A model generated the notes under the pieces. It was given only the letters and a program-made list of their open reading frames with translations. It had not been told where the DNA came from and did no database searches. DNA of 64,000 bases. Source: a virus. A program made the position numbers and the translations under genes. Location: positions 51,493 to 115,492 of the IMG/VR virus record IMGVR_UViG_3300035670_000055; one strand, 5' to 3'. This document shows, one piece after another, positions 58,021 through 64,000 of the stretch (within the stretch, counting starts at the first letter, position 1; the number at the start of each line of letters is the position of its first letter).

Positions 58021-59235
58021 ATGGCTGATAATAACGAAAATATTTCTTTTAATATTGTAGATACTATGGAAATGACTGGAAATACTGAGTTAATTAATGA
58101 CTTAATGAGTCCAGAAACCACATCTACAAGTCCTGATGAAGTGCAACCTATTGTTAAAGAGGTAGAAGAAGACCCTGTACCTGCTGCTCCTAGTAAAAAA
58201 ACAAAAGAAACTGATCCTGATGCAGATAAGTCTGATGATGGTGAATCGTTGATTTCTAGTTTTCTAGAAGATAATGAAGAAGAAGAAGAGTTACCCACTC
58301 CACCAAAAGCAAAAGCACCAGAAGAAGTTTCTCAGGAAGAACCAGATTCTCCAGATGGAAATCAGTTCTCTGCTTTAGCAAATGACTTATTTAAATTAGG
58401 TGTTTTTACAAAGGATGAAGAAGAGGATGATGTTGCAATCTCCACTCCAGAGGAATTTCTAGAAAGATTCCAAACAGAAAAGAAAAAAGGGGCTAGTGAA
58501 ATTGTTGAAAATTTTATAGGACAATTTGGAGAAGATTACCAAAAAGCATTTGAAGCAATATTTGTAAAAGGAGCAGATCCTAAAGAATATTTCAGCACAT
58601 ATAATAACGTAGTTAATTTCGCAGAGATGGATTTATCTTCTACAGATAATCAAATTAAAGTGGTGAGACAAACATTGACTGACCAAGGATTTGATGAAGA
58701 AGACATTGATACAGAAGTTGAAAGACTTCAAAACTATGGAGATTTAGAAAACGTTGCTACTAAATATCATAAAGTTCTTGTAAAAAAAGAAGCTCAGAAA
58801 CTACAAAAAATAGAAGAGCAAGCAGCAGTTCAATTGCAACAAAAACAGGCAGTTAGAAATCAGTATATTAATAATGTACAAAACATTTTACAAGAAAAAT
58901 TAAAAACAAAGGAATTTGATGGTATTCCATTAAGTCCAAAAACAGCAAGTGAACTACAAGACTTCTTATTAGTAGATAAGTATAAGACAGTATCAGGAGA
59001 AACTCTTACAGATTTCGACAAGGCTATTTTGGAATTAAAGAGACCAGAAAATCATGAACAAAAAGTAAAAGTTGCATTATTACTAAAAATTCTTGAAAAA
59101 GATCCTACACTATCTACTATTCAAAAAACTGGTGTTACAAAAAAATCTAATCAGTTATTTACAGAAGTAGCTAGACAAGTTCAAAAAGATAAAAAATCTG
59201 CTGGAGGAACATCAAGTATTTTCAGTAACTTATAA
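58021..59235 (+). CDS. Putative capsid scaffolding protein
   Basis: Acidic low-complexity N-terminus plus coiled coil; between portal and MCP. Confidence 0.65.
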   Translation: MADNNENISFNIVDTMEMTGNTELINDLMSPETTSTSPDEVQPIVKEVEEDPVPAAPSKKTKETDPDADKSDDGESLISSFLEDNEEEEELPTPPKAKAPEEVSQEEPDSPDGNQFSALANDLFKLGVFTKDEEEDDVAISTPEEFLERFQTEKKKGASEIVENFIGQFGEDYQKAFEAIFVKGADPKEYFSTYNNVVNFAEMDLSSTDNQIKVVRQTLTDQGFDEEDIDTEVERLQNYGDLENVATKYHKVLVKKEAQKLQKIEEQAAVQLQQKQAVRNQYINNVQNILQEKLKTKEFDGIPLSPKTASELQDFLLVDKYKTVSGETLTDFDKAILELKRPENHEQKVKVALLLKILEKDPTLSTIQKTGVTKKSNQLFTEVARQVQKDKKSAGGTSSIFSNL

Positions 59236-59262
59236 ACTTTTAATTAATAAATTATAATTAAT

Positions 59263-60816
59263 ATGGCAATCCAATCACTACCAGGCGCAACTGGTTTTAC
59301 GTATGCAAGAGTAGCTTCTATGGATAAGCGTGCTGTAGGGAAACTTACAGATGCTAATCACTTAGAATCTTTCCACTCAACAGAACCTGCTGATTATGAT
59401 AAAAAAATCATTTCATTATATACGCAGAGTTCACTATATAGTAATGACTTCCTTGATATGATCAACAAGTCAACTCCTTACTACATTGATAATAATAGTG
59501 ATTCTTGGAAATGGGACATTCAAGTTCCTTACAAGTTTCCTAAAGTGATCTATATTCCAGCTACTACACAAGAAAAAGTAAAGCCTGGTATTGACGGTCA
59601 AGAATTTCAACTAGTTTTAGATACTAATGAGTTCTCTAAGAATGCAATTGTATCTATTGGTTCTAGACAATATGGTCCTAGGTTCTATGTAATTAAAGAT
59701 CCAGTTCCTTGGAATACAGGTTACTTGTATACATTTACATTAGTAACAGATAATCCAATGATTGACTTTGTGTCTTCTCAATTCTTACAAGTAGGTCTTG
59801 AATTAGAATTAGTAGATGCTGCAATTGGTGAATTTGATCAAGATTTATTAGGTCTTCCTAGACTTGGTGAAAAAATTACAATGTTTGAATCACTTGGTTC
59901 TGGTTATGGTTTTGAACACAAAATTACTGAATGGGCTGATGACAAAATGATGAGAGATGCATCTGGAAAACCTTTGGATATTCTAGTTTATGCTCCTCAA
60001 CGTAGAAATCAACTTCCTCTAACAAGAAATGATGTTAAGTGGGAACCATTCATTGAATTCTGGATGAGAAAATCTATGCTAGAATTGAAAGTGAAAAGAA
60101 TGATTTGGTCTAAACCAGGTACAGTTAAAACTAATGGTTCTAAACAAGAACTTAAGAGAACTTCTGCTGGTATTTACCATAGAATGAGAAATAACGGCAA
60201 CTTAGTACAATATAACAGAGGAGAATTCTCTGCAAACTTACTAAGATCTGTATTTGGAGATTTATTCTATAGAAGAGTAGATGTTAAAGACAGACGAGTT
60301 AAAATGTATACTAACGAAGCTGGTTTTGATGTATTCCAACAAGCTCTTAAAAATGATGCATTAAATTCTGGTCTTACATTCATGGCAGATTCTGGAAACA
60401 GATATATGCAAGGAGAAGGTCAGCATATTACTTACAACTTTGCATTCGATTCAATGGTTACTCGTGAAACAGGTAAAATTGAATTAGTTCACTTAAAAGA
60501 ATTAGATTTACCACAATCTAACTTAGAGTTTGGTCAAAACAAAAAATCTACTCCTGTATTTATGGTGTTCGATGTGAGCCCTATGAGTGATGGTTCTATG
60601 GTAAACAATATTCGTGAGGTGAGAATGAAAGGTGCTCCTTCAATGACTTGGGGTTATATTGATGGTACAAGACACCACTTAGGTTTTGCTAAATCTCAAG
60701 GAATGTCTTCTGCTAATAAGTTCCCAGGATACGAAATCTGGATGAAAGACAGATGTGACGTGTTTATTGAAGATTTATCAAGAACAGTATTGATTGAAGA
60801 AATTCCTCAATTTTAA
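59263..60816 (+). CDS. Major capsid protein (crAss-like)
   Basis: 517 aa; synteny portal-scaffold-MCP; followed by strong hairpins. Confidence 0.85.
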   Translation: MAIQSLPGATGFTYARVASMDKRAVGKLTDANHLESFHSTEPADYDKKIISLYTQSSLYSNDFLDMINKSTPYYIDNNSDSWKWDIQVPYKFPKVIYIPATTQEKVKPGIDGQEFQLVLDTNEFSKNAIVSIGSRQYGPRFYVIKDPVPWNTGYLYTFTLVTDNPMIDFVSSQFLQVGLELELVDAAIGEFDQDLLGLPRLGEKITMFESLGSGYGFEHKITEWADDKMMRDASGKPLDILVYAPQRRNQLPLTRNDVKWEPFIEFWMRKSMLELKVKRMIWSKPGTVKTNGSKQELKRTSAGIYHRMRNNGNLVQYNRGEFSANLLRSVFGDLFYRRVDVKDRRVKMYTNEAGFDVFQQALKNDALNSGLTFMADSGNRYMQGEGQHITYNFAFDSMVTRETGKIELVHLKELDLPQSNLEFGQNKKSTPVFMVFDVSPMSDGSMVNNIREVRMKGAPSMTWGYIDGTRHHLGFAKSQGMSSANKFPGYEIWMKDRCDVFIEDLSRTVLIEEIPQF

Positions 60817-60821
60817 TAAAC

Positions 60822-60924
60822 AGTGCCTCACTAGGCTTTTGCCCTAGTGGTGCACTATAAAAATAAAAAGAATGAGACTACTCCCCTCCACCCACACACA
60901 CATTAATGGGGAGTTAGTTCTCAT
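60822..60924 (+). terminator. Tandem hairpins after MCP
   Basis: AGTGCCTCACTAGG../..CCTAGTGGTGCACT and ATGAGACTACTCCCC../..GGGGAGTTAGTTCTCAT. Confidence 0.5.
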
Positions 60925-60985
60925 CAAACAAAATACATTCTATTTGCCTCTTTAAAAATGCACACTTATAGAATCTTTTTAAGTA

Positions 60986-61055
60986 AGTTTGTTCGTCTAG
61001 TGGCTAGGACCCAGACAAGTTTCTGGAAACAGGAGTTCGAATCTCCTACAAACTT
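60986..61055 (+). tRNA. Pseudo-tRNA (Glu-type body, defective 6-nt anticodon loop)
   Basis: AGTTTGT/ACAAACT acceptor, GTC-TAGTGGCTAG-GAC D-arm, CCAGA-CAAGTT-TCTGG, AGGAG-TTCGAAT-CTCCT. Confidence 0.65.
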
Positions 61056-61091
61056 CAAATTATAAACCAATTAATAATTAAACTACATATT

Positions 61092-62060
61092 ATGGGTAAG
61101 TTAGGAAAAATCTCAACTTTAAAAAAAGATTATAATAATTCTCAGTTACAAACTATGCAAGGAGGACTTGCAGCAAAAGGATTAACTAGAATCCCTGGAG
61201 CAGGAGTTTTTAAATATCCTTATAAAGAATTAGATGGAAAGTATAGAACAGGATTAGATCCTGATGCCTCTTACATTAAAAGAATTCAAGATCCTACAGA
61301 AAGAGAATTAGAAAAAGAAAGAGTTACCAAGTTGAAACAAAAACTTGAAAATGAATTAGGTGATGTTGATTTAGGACCTAGAAGTTCTTTCTGGAATTAT
61401 GGACTATCTATATCTAACGATGATAATTTACACGTACAACCTGTAAAACTTATGGATGGCGATAACATTTTTGATTTATCAAATCCTCTTCAAGAATTAC
61501 AATTTTCATGGTTAAGAGTACATCCTACAATTGCTAGTTCTTATCAAGCATGGGAAAGAGGAGATTATCCTGCAGATACACAATTTTATGTTGCTGATGA
61601 TGAAATTGAGAATGCTGTATTGTTCAAGAAAAAACAGCTAATCAATAAAGCAATCGTTAAATTTGATGGAATGTCTCCAGAGAAGAAGAAAAAAGTTGCT
61701 AGACTTTTAGGTCTTCCAGTTACAGATAATACAACTGAAGAATCTGTTTATAATCAAGTTGATAACTTACTAAAACAAACTGAGTTTAAAAACGGTAAAT
61801 TTAGTGGATTAGATCCAGTGAAAGTATTTAACCAGTTTGCTGATATGAAGGAAAATTTATTAAATATTAAAGACCTTGTTAAACAAGCACTACATCACTC
61901 TATTTATAGAATGAAACCTAATGGAAAAATTTATGAAGGAGAATTTGAAGTAGCAATGGATGAGGATGAATTAGTGAAAATGCTTGCTGATGATGATAAT
62001 CAAGACACATTATTAACATTGGAAGGTAAACTAAAAAGCAAAAAAATTGCAGCAATATAA
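61092..62060 (+). CDS. Conserved crAss-like structural-module protein (gene 75-like)
   Basis: Synteny after MCP; FDLSNP..W...HPTIA; KVARLLG. Confidence 0.6.
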   Translation: MGKLGKISTLKKDYNNSQLQTMQGGLAAKGLTRIPGAGVFKYPYKELDGKYRTGLDPDASYIKRIQDPTERELEKERVTKLKQKLENELGDVDLGPRSSFWNYGLSISNDDNLHVQPVKLMDGDNIFDLSNPLQELQFSWLRVHPTIASSYQAWERGDYPADTQFYVADDEIENAVLFKKKQLINKAIVKFDGMSPEKKKKVARLLGLPVTDNTTEESVYNQVDNLLKQTEFKNGKFSGLDPVKVFNQFADMKENLLNIKDLVKQALHHSIYRMKPNGKIYEGEFEVAMDEDELVKMLADDDNQDTLLTLEGKLKSKKIAAI

Positions 62061-62068
62061 ATTAATAT

Positions 62069-62097
62069 CCAATAGCTACTTAATTGTAGCTGTTGGT
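62069..62097 (+). terminator. Terminator-like hairpin
   Basis: CCAATAGCTAC-loop-GTAGCTGTTGG. Confidence 0.45.
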
Positions 62098-62111
62098 TAA
62101 AAATAAATACT

Positions 62112-62843
62112 ATGATACAAGTAGATAGTTTATTATATAAAATAGACCAAAAACTAAATAAGCTATCTTCTAATACACATCAACAAATACAATTAGAAGA
62201 TAAGATATTAGCTTTAAATGAAGCTCAAATAAAACTAATTAAACAAAAAGTTGATGGGTTCTCAGTAGTAAGTGGAATGGGTTTAGATGCCTTTAAAAAA
62301 AGATATGAAGATCTTCAAAGATTAGTAATAGATTATACAAAAGGTAAACTTCCATTGAAATTAAAAAATAAAGATTTAAATCAATGGAATGCTGATATAA
62401 CTAAACTTACTCCAAAATATATGTTTTATTTAGATTCATATATTCTTGCTGACAAAGATATATGTAAAGATAGAAAAATTTGGATAAATAAAGACCTTGC
62501 AAAACATGGGGATTTACAGTTTCTTTTAAACAACGAACACTATAAACCATCTTTTGAATATCAGGAAACTTTTAATTTTTTATCATCTGATGAAATAAGT
62601 ATATTTACAGATGGTACATTTACCCCAAAAAATATCTATGTTATGTATATGCGTTATCCAGAGTATATAGATAAAGAAGGATATATAAAATTAAATGGTG
62701 TACCATCAGAAAATAGAGATTGTGAATTAGAAGAGTATTTAGAGGATGAATTAGTAGATTTAACTGTTCAGAATCTAGCAATGTATACAGAAAATGTTAC
62801 TGCTGCTCAAAATGCTCAATTTAGAATTCAAACAAATGAATAA
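62112..62843 (+). CDS. Virion neck/ring protein (gene 74-like)
   Basis: LNEAQ, KKRYEDLQRL, YMRYP, CELEEYLEDELVDLTV. Confidence 0.65.
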   Translation: MIQVDSLLYKIDQKLNKLSSNTHQQIQLEDKILALNEAQIKLIKQKVDGFSVVSGMGLDAFKKRYEDLQRLVIDYTKGKLPLKLKNKDLNQWNADITKLTPKYMFYLDSYILADKDICKDRKIWINKDLAKHGDLQFLLNNEHYKPSFEYQETFNFLSSDEISIFTDGTFTPKNIYVMYMRYPEYIDKEGYIKLNGVPSENRDCELEEYLEDELVDLTVQNLAMYTENVTAAQNAQFRIQTNE

Positions 62844-62872
62844 TTTTTTAACAACAAATAAATTTAAGCAAA

Positions 62873-63979
62873 ATGGCTGATTTTTCATTAACCACATTAT
62901 TTGTAGTACCAGTAGGACGAACTGCGCTTCCTAGCTCTGGATCTACACAAGACTTAACTGCTGGACAAGTAGGAATTTTCAAAAATGATTATTCTGTTGC
63001 TACAGCAGCAAACATTGCCGCAGCACCATATTTTTACATTGCCCAAGGTAGAGAGAACACTTATCTACAAGGCTCTAAACGCTCAGATAAAATCGCTAAA
63101 AGTGATGTAACTGAATGGTATAAAGTAACTGGTTCAGGAACTCCTGTAAACCAAATTACTGAAATTTCTAACTTTAATGTAAAAGGAGGAGACGTAATCA
63201 CTGTAACACTTAGAGCACATTCTAGTTATTTGGATACACTATACTTTAATGGGTTTACAAGATCTGTAACTGTACAAGCACCATGTCTAGCATGTGATGG
63301 AGACCCTTGTGCTAATGTAGATATACCTGCATTAATTGATGCTTTAATTGAAAAGTTTGAACAACAAGCTCCTGGTATCAATTCTGATAATATTTCTTTC
63401 TCTAAAATTTATACATTTGAAAGAGTTGGAAACGATCAAACTGCTAAATTAGTAATTACAGGTAAACCACTAACTAAATATGGACAACCTTGTGATGTTG
63501 CTGCTTTCCCATTTGAATATGATAGAATGTGGTTTAGAGCATTTGTATATGCTGGTCCAGCTACTACTGCTGATTTCATTGTAGCAGATAATTGTAATAT
63601 TGTTGCAGAAGCTGAAACAGTACAAAACTCTTCTTATGCTACTGGAACTAGTGCTGAGATTGCACAACTTGAGAAAAACTATTATAGTTATCAAGCAGGT
63701 TATTTGAAACATTTATATAGAATGAATGGTTTCAATGGTAACTTCGAAAGTCAAGTTGCTGATGGAACTGTATACGATACTTATTATATTAAATTTAATA
63801 ATGTAGATAAATCAAGTGATACTTGGGGTGACTATGTAAAACAAGATTCTATGGTAATTATTGCTGTACCAACAGGTAGTGCTGCTTCTACAGCAATTCA
63901 AACTGTTCTTGTTGCTGGATTAGGAGCTGTTACATCTTCTAATGTTGTTCCAACTACCACTACTACAACAACAGTGTAA
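62873..63979 (+). CDS. Conserved virion protein (gene 73-like, probable auxiliary capsid protein) with Thr-rich tail
   Basis: Synteny; CxxC..PC motif; ends PTTTTTTTV. Confidence 0.6.
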   Translation: MADFSLTTLFVVPVGRTALPSSGSTQDLTAGQVGIFKNDYSVATAANIAAAPYFYIAQGRENTYLQGSKRSDKIAKSDVTEWYKVTGSGTPVNQITEISNFNVKGGDVITVTLRAHSSYLDTLYFNGFTRSVTVQAPCLACDGDPCANVDIPALIDALIEKFEQQAPGINSDNISFSKIYTFERVGNDQTAKLVITGKPLTKYGQPCDVAAFPFEYDRMWFRAFVYAGPATTADFIVADNCNIVAEAETVQNSSYATGTSAEIAQLEKNYYSYQAGYLKHLYRMNGFNGNFESQVADGTVYDTYYIKFNNVDKSSDTWGDYVKQDSMVIIAVPTGSAASTAIQTVLVAGLGAVTSSNVVPTTTTTTTV

Positions 63980-64000
63980 TATTTGAAATATAAACAATAA

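Noticed and set aside
2015-63712. Antisense or alternative-frame ORFs in the track (e.g. 2015-2212, 8247-8522, 38361-38663, 50244-50471, 54370-54801, 57987-58298, 63470-63712)
   Set aside because: They overlap well-supported genes, often use non-ATG starts and show no recognisable motifs.
50979-63979. Stop-codon reassignment (TAG/TGA) as in some crAss-like phages
   Set aside because: All structural and replication genes are full length under the standard code; no suppressor tRNA seen.

Overview
AT-rich 64-kb segment of a crAss-like (Crassvirales-type) phage that probably infects a Bacteroidota/Flavobacteriia host, judged from TAnnTTTG -7 promoter motifs and Shine-Dalgarno-free AT-rich starts. 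Genes from about 50.5 kb leftwards are on the minus strand: small accessory genes (36.5-50.5 kb), then PolA, DnaB-like helicase, SF2 helicase, AAA ATPase, primase, UDG, rIIA/rIIB, dNMP kinase, ThyX, a PD-(D/E)XK nuclease, an intein-containing class II RNR, RecA, dUTPase, GroES and a partial GT2 glycosyltransferase. From about 51 kb rightwards (plus strand) is the morphogenesis block: IHF/HU, terminase, portal, scaffold, major capsid protein and conserved virion genes. Most notable: (1) an integron-like cassette array at 38.34-39.92 kb with three attC-like hairpins, a possible attI-like site, cassette ORFs inverted relative to canonical integrons and no integrase in the window; (2) several unrelated homing-endonuclease genes that appear to have replaced the 3' end of the upstream gene and left the old end stranded downstream; (3) two non-canonical tRNA-like RNAs and other structured ncRNA candidates; (4) a probable fused anti-defence sponge protein. 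All family calls come from motif recognition by eye; no database searches were run.
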